A stretch of 64,000 nucleotides of DNA from Promethearchaeota archaeon (GCA_048938895.1 JBHLLU010000002.1:64001-128000), one strand, 5' to 3'. Shown: positions 20,931 to 31,700, counted from the first letter of the stretch. Translations and numbers: made by a program. The notes: a model not told the origin generated them from the sequence alone.

Positions 20931-21568
20931 TGGTAGAAGATATTATTGTTGAAAATCTAAGAGTAATAGGTTATTTTCTTAGCGCTACTCTTATTCCATT
21001 TGCTACAGTAATCTTAGGAAGGAGGATTATTAAAGAAAAAAGGACAACAGGGCAACATAATAATGTTCGTTTAATAATTTTTGGAATCTTATTTAGTTTC
21101 GCCCTAATGAGTGTTTTGGAATACTTGGTTGAGTTGTCATTATTCCCAGAGGAAATATTTGGGTATAGTATAACATATATAAATTTATATTCGATATTAA
21201 TTGGTACTATGGTATCTTTAGGTCTTAGTTTAGTATTTTATATTAATAGATTGGAGACTTTTTATTTCTTTTCACTATTTATCTTTGGTGGAATGATAAT
21301 TTTTTATTACTTAACTGGATTTAGCGACTGGCTTGAATTGTATATACAAATAACAGCTGTACTGTGTCTCTCATTTATATATTTTACAAGTTTTCGAGTG
21401 AGAGATAATGGAGCACTTGGCTTAGCCATCTTTTTTACTTTAGCCTTTAGTACTTTGGTAATCGAGATTTCTTTTGTCAATCAGATAATAATATTTACAT
21501 ATAATATATTTATTTTGTTTTTCTCGCTGGGACTATTTAGGCCATTTAAAGAGGAGGTTATTCAATAA
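20930..21568 (+). CDS. Hypothetical membrane protein (about 7 TM)
   Basis: Seven hydrophobic stretches by eye; translationally coupled. Confidence 0.75.
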   Translation: MVEDIIVENLRVIGYFLSATLIPFATVILGRRIIKEKRTTGQHNNVRLIIFGILFSFALMSVLEYLVELSLFPEEIFGYSITYINLYSILIGTMVSLGLSLVFYINRLETFYFFSLFIFGGMIIFYYLTGFSDWLELYIQITAVLCLSFIYFTSFRVRDNGALGLAIFFTLAFSTLVIEISFVNQIIIFTYNIFILFFSLGLFRPFKEEVIQ

Positions 21569-21569
21569 A

Positions 21570-22220
21570 ATGCCACAGTTTCTCTATATGATAATAGAAG
21601 GTATGTATTTTATATTTGGCTTATTATCGATAAAAATTACCTTAAATACTTGGAAAGATAATAAAAACCGGATTCTAATTGCCATCTCTGTATACATGAT
21701 TGCTGTCTTAATGAAATCTGTAATTGATATGTTGTTTTATCTTCTTGATCTTAATTTGGACGTTGAAATAATTGGATATGTTACCATTGGGCAGATAATT
21801 GGCAATATTTTATTCGTGATTCAACTGGAATTTATATTTTTCTTAAAAAAGTTGACTAAATTATATACGCTTCCCTTCATCATAGCTTTCTATCTTATTG
21901 CTGGAAGAATTCAAGTAAATTCAGCTCTACCATTCATCATATATGCTATGTTGGTGGGTTATGGATCTGCTTATTTACTAATTAAAGATGGAAAAAGAAA
22001 GCTAAATGGACAAGCAGTTGGGATGGGCTTATTCTTCTTGCTTTGGGCTTTAGGACAAACTGTTCCCATTGAAGTATTTTTTATTTTCTGTAGGTTATTC
22101 GCAATGATATTACTCTTTTTAGGTACTAAGGGATTCTATGAAAAGTATATTTTCCCAGATCTAGAGGAAGAAAAGAAAATTATGGGTGCTTGGATCGCAA
22201 AATTTGTCATAAAGGATTAG
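21570..22220 (+). CDS. Hypothetical membrane protein (about 7 TM)
   Basis: Seven hydrophobic stretches; GAGGAGG RBS. Confidence 0.75.
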   Translation: MPQFLYMIIEGMYFIFGLLSIKITLNTWKDNKNRILIAISVYMIAVLMKSVIDMLFYLLDLNLDVEIIGYVTIGQIIGNILFVIQLEFIFFLKKLTKLYTLPFIIAFYLIAGRIQVNSALPFIIYAMLVGYGSAYLLIKDGKRKLNGQAVGMGLFFLLWALGQTVPIEVFFIFCRLFAMILLFLGTKGFYEKYIFPDLEEEKKIMGAWIAKFVIKD

Positions 22221-22461
22221 TTCGATATAGATTTATTTTATGATAAAAACCAGATTTCAATTTTTTATTGAACCTTGACTAAGTTGAATTTACCTAGACT
22301 ATATTTGATTCTGAAAGAGGATATCAGCAAATTAACAAGAAGAATCTTATTTGTAGCAATAGAACAAAAATCAGTAAAAAAGCTCAACTTTTTATTTTAA
22401 AATCAGCATAATTAGTTAAGAATAAAATCATTATTTCAAACTACTCTACTAGTTGGCAAAA

Positions 22462-23358
22462 ATGGGAATTAGAAATCTTCTAAAAAGAGTTTTTACAAAA
22501 GAAAAGAAAGTTGTTATATGTGGATTAGATAGTGCTGGAAAGAGTACTATGGTTAGTTTTCTTCAAAATGGAACCTTTATAGAACACACTCCAACAATGG
22601 GTAAAGAATTGACCACTTTGCAAGTGCAAGGTATTAGAATAAATTTAATCGATATGGGAGGGCAAAAAGATTTTCGAGATTTATGGCTAGGAGAAGCTTC
22701 ACAAGCTGAGTGCGTTATATTTATGATAGATGCTCATGCTAAAGAAAGATTTAATGAAGCAAAAAGGGAGTTATGGAAATTATCAGATAATTTTAAGAAG
22801 AATCCATTGATTGTTTTAGCAAATAAATATGATCTGCAACCGGTGGCGAGTATCAGTGATATAATCGAAGTTTTAGATTTGAATAAATTACCTTCTTTTG
22901 AAGTTATGCCTATTTCATGTAAAACGGGATACGGAATTGTCAAAGCATTTATGAAAATTTATTATAAATTAACTGGAAGTCAACTAACTAAAAAAATTAA
23001 CACAAAAGCAGTAACAATTTTCGATCAAGGTGGTGTACCCCTTACATCTTCTTCAGATGAGGATATTCTTCAAGGAGGACTTTTCTCAGCAATTAACAGC
23101 TTTGTCAAACAATCATTCCATTCTGATTTGGATCAACTAAAATTTGGTGACAATTTAATTATCTTTAAGCGATCTAAAAATTTGTTAGGTTCTATTGTAA
23201 TTAATAATGGTGATAGGGTGAATGTTAAATATGCTGAAGATGGTTTAGATGAACTATTAACACACCTAGAGAATATGTGCCCTGAACTTGAAAAAAATCA
23301 AACAGATTCAGGAAAGATTGAATTCTTAGTGAAACAATATGCTTCAAATCTTTTATAA
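22462..23358 (+). CDS. Arf-like small GTPase with C-terminal longin/roadblock-like domain
   Basis: G1 GLDSAGKST, G2 PTMG, G3 DMGGQ, G4 NKYD, G5 SCK; N-terminal MGIRNLLKRVF helix; C-terminal IFDQGGVPL...GGLFSAINSFVK. Confidence 0.88.
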   Translation: MGIRNLLKRVFTKEKKVVICGLDSAGKSTMVSFLQNGTFIEHTPTMGKELTTLQVQGIRINLIDMGGQKDFRDLWLGEASQAECVIFMIDAHAKERFNEAKRELWKLSDNFKKNPLIVLANKYDLQPVASISDIIEVLDLNKLPSFEVMPISCKTGYGIVKAFMKIYYKLTGSQLTKKINTKAVTIFDQGGVPLTSSSDEDILQGGLFSAINSFVKQSFHSDLDQLKFGDNLIIFKRSKNLLGSIVINNGDRVNVKYAEDGLDELLTHLENMCPELEKNQTDSGKIEFLVKQYASNLL

Positions 23359-23559
23359 TATTATTTTCTTTTTCTTATTTTTCAAGAAATTCTTTATAGA
23401 GAAATAGTTTAAACTAGTTATCTATCAATAAAAGTTGAAGAATTTTGAATTTTGTACAAATTGAAATGAGAAAGTAATTATACAATCAAAAATTTTTGCA
23501 GAATAAGCTACTCGAGGTATTTTTGAACTCAACAAACAAAAAATAAAGAGTTTTACAAT

Positions 23560-24333
23560 ATGATTATGATTCTGTTTACAATTCTATTATGGATCATAAT
23601 ACTTGATAACTTACTTCTTGGGATTTTTTTACTCATCAAAGCATTCCAAATTAAGTTTATTAATCTCTATTCAATGGGTATCGGTTTTGTATTATTTTTT
23701 GTTGGATTGTTCGGTAATTTTGTATTAGGTTATGGTTATTTCTTTGAAGAATTATTTGTATTTATAGGTTATTTCTTAATCGCTTTCTTTACTTACTTAA
23801 CCTTCCATAGACGGAAGGTTGATTACAAAGCTAGACTATTATTATACTTATCATTAGTCTTTATGTTCACTCGAATCTTTCTTGGTTTGTTGGTTGAAAT
23901 TAATTTAAATCCAGTTACTAGATATTCTGAACTGATTATAATAAACTGCTGTCTATTCCTAGTTTTTTATTGGTTAGGATGGTCTTCTTTATCTGCGTAT
24001 AAAAGATTGCGTAACATTAATGTTGCTCCTTGGTTAAAAACAAGATATAAAGCTATTTCTATTGTTTCTTTTTTATGGCCATTCCATGCGCTATTAGGTT
24101 TATTCTTACCGTGGAATACTGAGTTTGGTGATCCTTCTGATATAATAAGTTTGATCCACTTCAGTATAACTGTAATTTTAAGCTTGATTTTTATAATAGG
24201 AATGATTATCGCGTGGATAATTCCTGAATATCTAAAAAATTACATAAATAGTAAAAAAGGGTATGAACCTCCGGATGATAAAGAATTATCTGAAGATGAC
24301 CTAATGAAGTTGATAAAAAGTCAATTGCCATAA
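23560..24333 (+). CDS. Hypothetical 7-TM membrane protein, paralog of 29965..30771
   Basis: About 7 TM; PWLKTRY, AWIIPEYLK and ELSEDDLM motifs shared with the paralog. Confidence 0.78.
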   Translation: MIMILFTILLWIIILDNLLLGIFLLIKAFQIKFINLYSMGIGFVLFFVGLFGNFVLGYGYFFEELFVFIGYFLIAFFTYLTFHRRKVDYKARLLLYLSLVFMFTRIFLGLLVEINLNPVTRYSELIIINCCLFLVFYWLGWSSLSAYKRLRNINVAPWLKTRYKAISIVSFLWPFHALLGLFLPWNTEFGDPSDIISLIHFSITVILSLIFIIGMIIAWIIPEYLKNYINSKKGYEPPDDKELSEDDLMKLIKSQLP

Positions 24334-24471
24334 GATAATAACAAATAATTAATTATCAAGAGTGAACTCTTCAGATTGGCATTTAAGCAGAAGTTGGCTT
24401 TAAACTCAGTAAACAACTGAAGATTATAGATAGTTCATGCTCATTATAAATTTTATAATTATATTATAAAT

Positions 24472-26346
24472 TTATCTGCTAAATACTATTGGAAGTGTAA
24501 AATAGAAAGTTGAACCTTTATTTCGACCTTTTGACTCAACCCAAATCTCTCCTCCATGCAATTCTATGATTTTTTTTGATATGTACAAACCTAATCCAGA
24601 ACCACCTAATATATCATCGAATCCTTGGTTCTTTCTGCTAAATTTTCCGAACTTTTGAAACAGCTTCTCTTTCTCATCCTCAGTAAAACCAAAACCATCA
24701 TCTTTTATCGAGGTAACAATAGTATTACCCTTAATTTCAGATCGTAGTTCTATCAATCCCCCTGGAGGAGAATAATTTATAGCATTGTTAAGTAAATTTG
24801 AAATAACTTCACGAATTTGCTCTTTATTAAATTTAGTAATCCCAATATCTTTTATATCTACATCAATTTTTAATAATTTCATTTTGGCGAAAGTTTGTAA
24901 TTCATCAACACATGATTTTATAAGTGTTGCAATATCTCCTTTTGAAGTAATTAATTCGATTTTACTAGTTTCTAATTTTGAACTTTCAATTAATTTATGG
25001 ATTATATCCTCAATTCTTTCGCAACCTCTTTGAATTGAATCTATCATTTTCACTACTTCTGGTTTTAAATTTTCATAATGTAAATTTAAAATTAAGTCGG
25101 CGTTACCCTTTATAGCTACTAATGGTACTTTTAGCTCGTGAGATGCTCTTCTAAGAAATTCATTTTTTAAATTGTTCAATTGTTCTAACTCTTTATTTTG
25201 TTCTTTTAATTTTTCCTCGGATTCCTTTAATTTTCTTTCACTGGTTTTACGATCAGAAATGTCTCGAGCTATGGTAATAATTTTCTTATTACCGGCACCA
25301 TCTACAAAATTCTTCGCCGAAATTTCCAACCATTTATAGCTACCATCTTCATGTTCAAAACGTGTTTGATATGAGCCTTTTCCTTTTCTTAATATTTTAC
25401 CTAATAAAATAGCTGATCGTTTTCGATCATCTGGGTGTACAAGAGTAAGAGGACTTTCTTTTAATAGTTCTTTTTTAGAATAGCCAAGAATCTGTCTATG
25501 TACATTTTCATTTAGATCTTCATATTCAAATTTATTATTTAGTACTTTAATGAGATCATTCGCATTTTCAAAGATTAATCTATATTTTTCTTCAGATTCT
25601 CTTAATTTGATTTCTATTTCCTTTTCTCTGGTGATATCTCGAGAAACTAATAATATCCTTTTATTACCATTCGAATCAAATGTTACCCTTCCGTTTACAT
25701 CCATCCATTTATAGGAATTGTCTTTTGTGCGCATTCTATATTGTCCTCGGCCTTGACCTTCTTTTAACGCTTCTTTTAAAAGAAGTTTAGCGTGTTTTAT
25801 ATCATCGGGATGCAAAAATTCCAAAGGAGATTTGCCTATGATTTCTTCTTTTGAAAATCCTGATATCCGTTCCTGTGTTTCATTTATAAATAATAACTCG
25901 AATTTATCGTTAAAAACTGAAATCATATCATTAATATTATCTGTAATGAACTGATATTTTTCTTCAACCTCTTTTTGGACCGATATATCTCTTAATACTG
26001 CAGTAAGTTTTATGTTTTCATTTTCCCGTAAAATAGTTCCATTGGCAGATAAATGTACATAATGTCCATCCTTATGTAATGCTCTGTATTCAGCAGATAT
26101 TGGACCTCCACCGTCTATTAAGTTTTTCATTTTACTCAATAAATTAGGAAGATCTTCGGGATGGATGAATTTAAAACCATTAGTTCCAATAACTTCCTCA
26201 GGATTATAACCAAGAATATTTTTTACTTGTGGACTCACATAAGTAAAATATCCATCTAAATCAGATTCTACTATGATATCTCTAATATGATTTACAATTA
26301 ATTGTAGATGTTCTTTAGTATCTTTTTTTTTTTTGTTGTTTGACAT
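24472..26346 (-). CDS. Cytoplasmic sensor histidine kinase, 3 PAS domains
   Basis: Three HP.D/RDI(T/S) PAS repeats, ASHELK H-box, NLLNNA, DDG.G, GLGL. Confidence 0.92.
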   Translation of the reverse strand: MSNNKKKKDTKEHLQLIVNHIRDIIVESDLDGYFTYVSPQVKNILGYNPEEVIGTNGFKFIHPEDLPNLLSKMKNLIDGGGPISAEYRALHKDGHYVHLSANGTILRENENIKLTAVLRDISVQKEVEEKYQFITDNINDMISVFNDKFELLFINETQERISGFSKEEIIGKSPLEFLHPDDIKHAKLLLKEALKEGQGRGQYRMRTKDNSYKWMDVNGRVTFDSNGNKRILLVSRDITREKEIEIKLRESEEKYRLIFENANDLIKVLNNKFEYEDLNENVHRQILGYSKKELLKESPLTLVHPDDRKRSAILLGKILRKGKGSYQTRFEHEDGSYKWLEISAKNFVDGAGNKKIITIARDISDRKTSERKLKESEEKLKEQNKELEQLNNLKNEFLRRASHELKVPLVAIKGNADLILNLHYENLKPEVVKMIDSIQRGCERIEDIIHKLIESSKLETSKIELITSKGDIATLIKSCVDELQTFAKMKLLKIDVDIKDIGITKFNKEQIREVISNLLNNAINYSPPGGLIELRSEIKGNTIVTSIKDDGFGFTEDEKEKLFQKFGKFSRKNQGFDDILGGSGLGLYISKKIIELHGGEIWVESKGRNKGSTFYFTLPIVFSR

Positions 26347-26670
26347 TTTAAAAATGTGTTCTTGTTATTTATTGATTACAAGATTTAGACCTCGAATATA
26401 TAATAGTTGGAAATCTATTTCTTAAAAAGCTTGTTAAAAAATTTGTGCAAGAAATATTTAGCTCTCAAGAACTTTTGTACATTTAGATCAATCAAAATAA
26501 AGATAAAAATGAACTTATTAAAGTCTTATTTTGCCTATATCTTTTCATGTTGATAGAACGTATTTTCATTATTAACAGTTGTTAATTATAAGAAAAAAGA
26601 TAATTTTTTATGTGCAAAATTATTTATTTTTATTAAAGAAAATTAAAAACATAATTTCGGATAAAGAAAA

Positions 26671-27567
26671 ATGGCGCAAAAAGTCCAAAAAACAGAAGAA
26701 ATGAAGAATTATGAATTAGAAACAGGGAAAAATGCAATTTGGAATAATGAAATTACTAAAGGATTCTTAAAATGGCAAAAAGGTGAACGTCTTTACGACA
26801 TTGATAAAGAACGTGTTGCACTCTATGTTTCTAAGAATATGAAAGAAAGGTGGGTATCATTTGTCAAAAAAAGCAATTATTCTACTCTATCAAAATTAGT
26901 TAAAGAAGCAATCGATTTTTATATTCAATATAAATCTTCCCCCTATAGTGAAAAAGAACCAGAAAATACTAACGTGCTTTCAAGAATTTCTCATGATTTA
27001 AAAGAAAGATTAACCACAATTATGGCTTATCTACAATTACTAATTGAAGGGAAGGAATATTCTCTAGATTTTGGGGTTGTTACAGAATTAAAGAACATTT
27101 ATAACCAGTGCCTTTCTTTTGAAGAATTTATAATATCTAATTTTGAAAACTTAAAACTTGAAGAGGAAAAAATTATGGATAGAGACAAAATCAAATATGA
27201 TATTTTAATCATAGAAGATAATATTGAGACACTGAATTTTCTAATAAGATACTTTGGGCATTTAGGATATTCTTGTAAAGAAGCAAGAGCGGGTAAGAAG
27301 GGATTAGACCTTCTAAAAGAGTCTAAACCATTAATCATATTACTTGATATTATTTTACCAGATATAAATGGGTATGATTTTCTAAAATCAGTCAAATCGA
27401 ATCCTGATTATAATGATATTAAAATCATATTCTTAACTGCTGTACCAAGTTCAGAAGTTGCGGAAAAAATGGTTGAATTTGGTGTTGATGGTTTAATATC
27501 AAAACCTTTTAATTTAAAAGATTTTGAACTAGTCGAGAAGTTTCTGAAAGAAATAAAAAAAAAATAA
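26671..27567 (+). CDS. Response regulator with RHH-like and HisKA-like domains ahead of the receiver
   Basis: KERVALYV...STLSKLVKEAIDFY; ISHDLKERLTTI; receiver IIEDN, LLDIILPDING, FLTA, SKPF. Confidence 0.8.
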   Translation: MAQKVQKTEEMKNYELETGKNAIWNNEITKGFLKWQKGERLYDIDKERVALYVSKNMKERWVSFVKKSNYSTLSKLVKEAIDFYIQYKSSPYSEKEPENTNVLSRISHDLKERLTTIMAYLQLLIEGKEYSLDFGVVTELKNIYNQCLSFEEFIISNFENLKLEEEKIMDRDKIKYDILIIEDNIETLNFLIRYFGHLGYSCKEARAGKKGLDLLKESKPLIILLDIILPDINGYDFLKSVKSNPDYNDIKIIFLTAVPSSEVAEKMVEFGVDGLISKPFNLKDFELVEKFLKEIKKK

Positions 27568-27576
27568 TTTATATTC

Positions 27577-29844
27577 CTAACCATTCTCCCTCATTTCTTT
27601 AAAAAAACGTATAAAGAATTTAGCACCCTTGTTTCTTCCATCAGATTCAACTAATACTTTGCCTCCATGAAGCTCTACTATTTCCTTTGTAATATAAAGT
27701 CCTAAACCTGCTCCCTCTATGTCCACATCAAGATCCTGACCATATCGCTCAATTTTCCCAAACTTTTGAAATAGTTTCTCTTTTTCTTCCAGGGTAATTC
27801 CTACTCCATTATCTTCTACAATGATGTCAATTAAATTTTCTGACTCTTTTAATTCTATTCTTATCTTTCCTCTAGAAGGTGTATTTTTGATTGCATTCGA
27901 AATAAGGTTTATTATTGATTGAGAAAATCTATTTTTGTCTACATTATAATAGATTTCATTAGGTAAATCCAAATCGATATTTATTTGTCTCGATGATGCT
28001 AGATACATTAATTCCTTGACACATTCCCTCATTACTTCACTTAAGTCTTGTTCTTCGAGATTAAGATTTAATTGTTTAATATCCAATTGAGAAGCATCTA
28101 ATAAATTATCTACAAGCTCTTTTAACCGTATTATACCACTATGTGATATTTCAAGATAAGATCTTATCTCTTCATTTAAAGTTGAATCTCTTAATAAGAG
28201 TTGAGATACACCATAAACCGATGTGAGTGGGGTTCTTAATTCATGCGAAATCCTTGTAATAAGTTCTTTTCTTAATTCATCTAATTCTAATAGTCTCTTG
28301 TTTTCTTCAACTATTAGATTCTCTGCCTTTTTCCTTGTTGTTACATCAATGAGAGAAACTAAAACTGCATTTTTTCCTTGATATTGGATTACCTTAGAAT
28401 TTATTTCGATCCATATTACTTCACCAGATTTTGTAAATAATCTGTAAGGGTGAGCTCCTTCTATGCCAAAGCTTCCCGTTTCCATTCTTTGGAATCTTTT
28501 CATCGCAATTGATAAATCCTCAGGATGAACTAATTTGAAGAATTCGTTTGGCGTCCAAGTTGATACTTCTTGTTGGGAATATCCTGTTGTATTTAATAGA
28601 GCCTCGTTAGCATATTTTATTTTCCCATCTTGTAGAATTACTATTCCTAAAAAGGATTGCTCAGTAATAGTTCGAAATTTTCCTTCTGATTCTATTAACT
28701 CTAATTCTGCTTTCATTCGCTCAGTAATGTCTCGATCAATACCACGATATCCTTGAAAATTTCCTTCAATATCAAAAATTGGAGCACCACTCGTTTCAAG
28801 TATTATAATTTGTCCATTCTTGTGTAAATTTCTATTTACCAACCCTTCAAACGAGCTTTGGGATATAATTATCTCCTCAAACATTTTTCTCACACGCTTA
28901 GCTTCCTCTCCTGGCATTAAATCGAATGGAGTTTTACTTATAACTTCTTCAGGCTCATAACCTAGTAGTTCTCTAATTTTTGGACTGGAATAAACATATT
29001 TATTATTTCGATCCACTTCCCAAATCCAATCACTGGTAGTCTCGACAAGACTTCTAAATTTCTCCTCAGATTCTTTTAATTTTTCCCCTGCAATTTTTCG
29101 TTCTGTAATATCTTCATAAGTGCCAAGAATTCCTATAATTTTGTCCTCCGAATCATGGAGAGGGATTCGATTTATATCTAACCATGCTTGTTTTCCATCT
29201 GCTTGGGTTTGTGGTTCAATGACGTGATATTCGGGTTTTCCAGATTCCATCACTAAACGCTCAATTTCATAAAATGATTCTGCTTCTTCAAATCTCCACG
29301 CTAAGTCATGATCTATCTTTCCTATTATATTTTCTGGATCTCCAACACCAGCTACTCTAGCAAAATTTCTGTTGCACCCTAGGTATTTTGAATCAATATC
29401 TTTCCAAAAAATATGTTGAGGAATATTATCTAATACTAACTGAAACATTCGCTTTGAATTATTCAATTCATCAAGTAGAGCCTTTTGGGTTGTGATATCT
29501 CTCATTACAGTTATAAAAATACGTTCTCCATCAATTTTATTTTTCATGAGCTTTGTTTTAAATTCTCCATAAAAAGAACTTCCATCAGGCTTTAATAATT
29601 TGTATTCATGTTTTTTTATGGATCCTTTTGTCTTGAGTTCCTTAAAATTTTCTTGAAGTTCATTATGTTGTTCTGAAACCACAAAATCAGAGATATGCTT
29701 TCCAATAAAGTAATTTTTATCTTCAATATCGTAAAAATCTAAAACATTTTGTGAAACGTTAATTACTTTCCCCTCAAAATTAAAAATTACAACGAGATCT
29801 GGTATGGCGTTAACTAATTCCTCCAAAAAAGTATTCATCATCAT
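27577..29844 (-). CDS. Cytoplasmic sensor histidine kinase, 4 PAS domains
   Basis: Four PAS repeats, [28 protein letters not shown]. Confidence 0.92.
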   Translation of the reverse strand: MMMNTFLEELVNAIPDLVVIFNFEGKVINVSQNVLDFYDIEDKNYFIGKHISDFVVSEQHNELQENFKELKTKGSIKKHEYKLLKPDGSSFYGEFKTKLMKNKIDGERIFITVMRDITTQKALLDELNNSKRMFQLVLDNIPQHIFWKDIDSKYLGCNRNFARVAGVGDPENIIGKIDHDLAWRFEEAESFYEIERLVMESGKPEYHVIEPQTQADGKQAWLDINRIPLHDSEDKIIGILGTYEDITERKIAGEKLKESEEKFRSLVETTSDWIWEVDRNNKYVYSSPKIRELLGYEPEEVISKTPFDLMPGEEAKRVRKMFEEIIISQSSFEGLVNRNLHKNGQIIILETSGAPIFDIEGNFQGYRGIDRDITERMKAELELIESEGKFRTITEQSFLGIVILQDGKIKYANEALLNTTGYSQQEVSTWTPNEFFKLVHPEDLSIAMKRFQRMETGSFGIEGAHPYRLFTKSGEVIWIEINSKVIQYQGKNAVLVSLIDVTTRKKAENLIVEENKRLLELDELRKELITRISHELRTPLTSVYGVSQLLLRDSTLNEEIRSYLEISHSGIIRLKELVDNLLDASQLDIKQLNLNLEEQDLSEVMRECVKELMYLASSRQINIDLDLPNEIYYNVDKNRFSQSIINLISNAIKNTPSRGKIRIELKESENLIDIIVEDNGVGITLEEKEKLFQKFGKIERYGQDLDVDIEGAGLGLYITKEIVELHGGKVLVESDGRNKGAKFFIRFFKEMRENG

Positions 29845-29964
29845 TATAATAATCTAAAAAATTTAATGAAATTATATTGTATAATTATAGTGAATAAATT
29901 TAACTTTATGTTTAAAAATTCTAATATTCCCCTGTTTTAATGAGATTTAAAATATATTATGAAT

Positions 29965-30771
29965 TTACTTATCTTTACTAAGCTCTTTTTCAATGACTTC
30001 CATTAGTTCATTTTCACTATACTCCTTCTCAGATAGTCTCTTAAAACCTCTATTATAGAATTTTTTTAAGCGTTTTGGCATTATCCATGCGATAAATGCA
30101 CATATAGAATAAAAAATTGTAAATCCTAAAATTATATATGAATAAATAACATTTGGAAACTCATATAATCCTATTACATTGTAGGGAATGAAATAATATA
30201 TAAAAATACTTAAAGAATAAATAATAGAACTCAAGCCAATCAATTGATATCTCTTTTTAACCCAAGGCTCAATATTGATATATTTTAAGTAGTAGTAATA
30301 TTTCAATGCAATTATACCTAACCAGAGATGAGACAATAAAAACGATATTGTTATTGAAAAAAGAATAAAGAAGTAGTATACTAAGTTAGACTCTTCTAAA
30401 GAAGTAGTCATAGGTATTGAAATTTGAAAGATTAATCTAATGATGAAATCTATACTTCTGACTATGATCAAAATTAATAGAAAGATCTTAAAAGGACTCT
30501 TTTTATCTTTGAAAAATGTTAATTTAGTAAAAATCACGATTAGAATATTTGGAAATTGATTTAAGAATAAAGTTATTATAATTAGTGATGGAACTAAGGC
30601 ATAGAAAACCAATCTTAAACTAGTTATAAGGAAAAACAGGATTAAAGGGAGTAGATTATAAGTCTTTGTCTTTATCATTTTAATTAAAAGAAAAGTAGCT
30701 ACAAACAGTTGTAATACAATCCATACTAGCTGAAATGAGTAATTAATAATAACTACTGTCTGCAATAACAT
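29965..30771 (-). CDS. Hypothetical 7-TM membrane protein
   Basis: About 7 TM; PWVKKRY, AWIMPKRLK, EYSENELM; GGAGG RBS. Confidence 0.78.
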   Translation of the reverse strand: MLLQTVVIINYSFQLVWIVLQLFVATFLLIKMIKTKTYNLLPLILFFLITSLRLVFYALVPSLIIITLFLNQFPNILIVIFTKLTFFKDKKSPFKIFLLILIIVRSIDFIIRLIFQISIPMTTSLEESNLVYYFFILFSITISFLLSHLWLGIIALKYYYYLKYINIEPWVKKRYQLIGLSSIIYSLSIFIYYFIPYNVIGLYEFPNVIYSYIILGFTIFYSICAFIAWIMPKRLKKFYNRGFKRLSEKEYSENELMEVIEKELSKDK

Positions 30772-30783
30772 AATAATCCTCCC

Positions 30784-31059
30784 CTATATCTTCTCCATTG
30801 TGATTAATGATTGATTTTCCAATATTTCTTTTAATAATATTTCTATAATTTGCTTAAATTTCTTAATATTCAGGTTCTCAAGTCTTCTTTTTAGAGAATT
30901 TTGAATAACTTTTTGATAATCCCTTAAATCCATCGTATTTAGTTTCTGAAACGGGGTAAGTTCTTCTTTAATTGCTAATTTAATAAGACCCCTTGAAGCC
31001 GCTTCCGATATACCAATTTCTTTTGATAATATTTCTCCTAGGTAATAGATTATCTGTAT
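30784..31059 (-). CDS. Small helical protein (91 aa) missed by the ORF track; putative ATA start
   Basis: Open frame IQIIYYLGEILSKEIGISEAASRGLIKLAIKEE...ENQSLITMEKI*; GTGAGGT 7 nt before ATA; ends 12 nt before the next gene. Confidence 0.68.
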   Translation of the reverse strand: MQIIYYLGEILSKEIGISEAASRGLIKLAIKEELTPFQKLNTMDLRDYQKVIQNSLKRRLENLNIKKFKQIIEILLKEILENQSLITMEKI

Positions 31060-31427
31060 ATTGCTAACCTCACTTCAAGATAGAAATTTAATTTTATTAG
31101 TGATGTGGGTATCTCTTAATATGTTTATTAATATCGGTTATTATATAATAAATTTTTTTTTGTTATAGCCTTATATTCGCTGTTTGATGCACAGTCATTA
31201 TCATAAATTTGCACATGAGAATAAGATTTTCGATTATTTTATGCAAAATTCTAAAAAATTGATAAAAATTCGTTCTGTTAATAATAACAAAATTATAGAG
31301 GATCATCTTTTAATTTATTAATTTTTTTTAGTATTATAATCATTGGGTAATTGCACAAAATAGATTTAGAATCAGACCTTTTTGCACAAAACCCGAACAT
31401 AATATAAGTCTTAAATGATGATCATAA

Positions 31428-31700
31428 ATGGATTGTTATGATGAAATTTTGGAAATATATCAAAAAAATAATAAAAAAGATAGATTCATAACATATTTGA
31501 CATATCTAATAAACAAAAAATCAAAAGTTTTAACTGAATTACAATTTCAAAATTGCCTGATACTAATATTAGCAATTTGGAATCCTAAGTTCATTGATTT
31601 ATATGTTAGAGAAGGGGAAGACGCAAAGTCACTCCAACAGGAAAAGAAAGAAAAATTTATTAAAATTTTAAAATCTGAATTTAAAGATTTTAATAATTAA
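31428..31700 (+). CDS. Small hypothetical protein, paralog of 33504..33764
   Basis: MDCYD...YL..LINKK...L...QF.N...L.LAIW shared with the paralog. Confidence 0.75.
   Translation: MDCYDEILEIYQKNNKKDRFITYLTYLINKKSKVLTELQFQNCLILILAIWNPKFIDLYVREGEDAKSLQQEKKEKFIKILKSEFKDFNN

Noticed and set aside
22284-22400. 38-codon TTG ORF between the 7-TM gene and the GTPase
   Set aside because: No RBS and no recognisable content; expected by chance.
24360-24442. Possible long hairpin (GAGTGAACT/AGTTCA..CTC, TCTTCAG/CTGAAGA) between convergent genes
   Set aside because: Interrupted, AT-rich pairing with no recognisable ncRNA family; could be chance or a decayed ORF.
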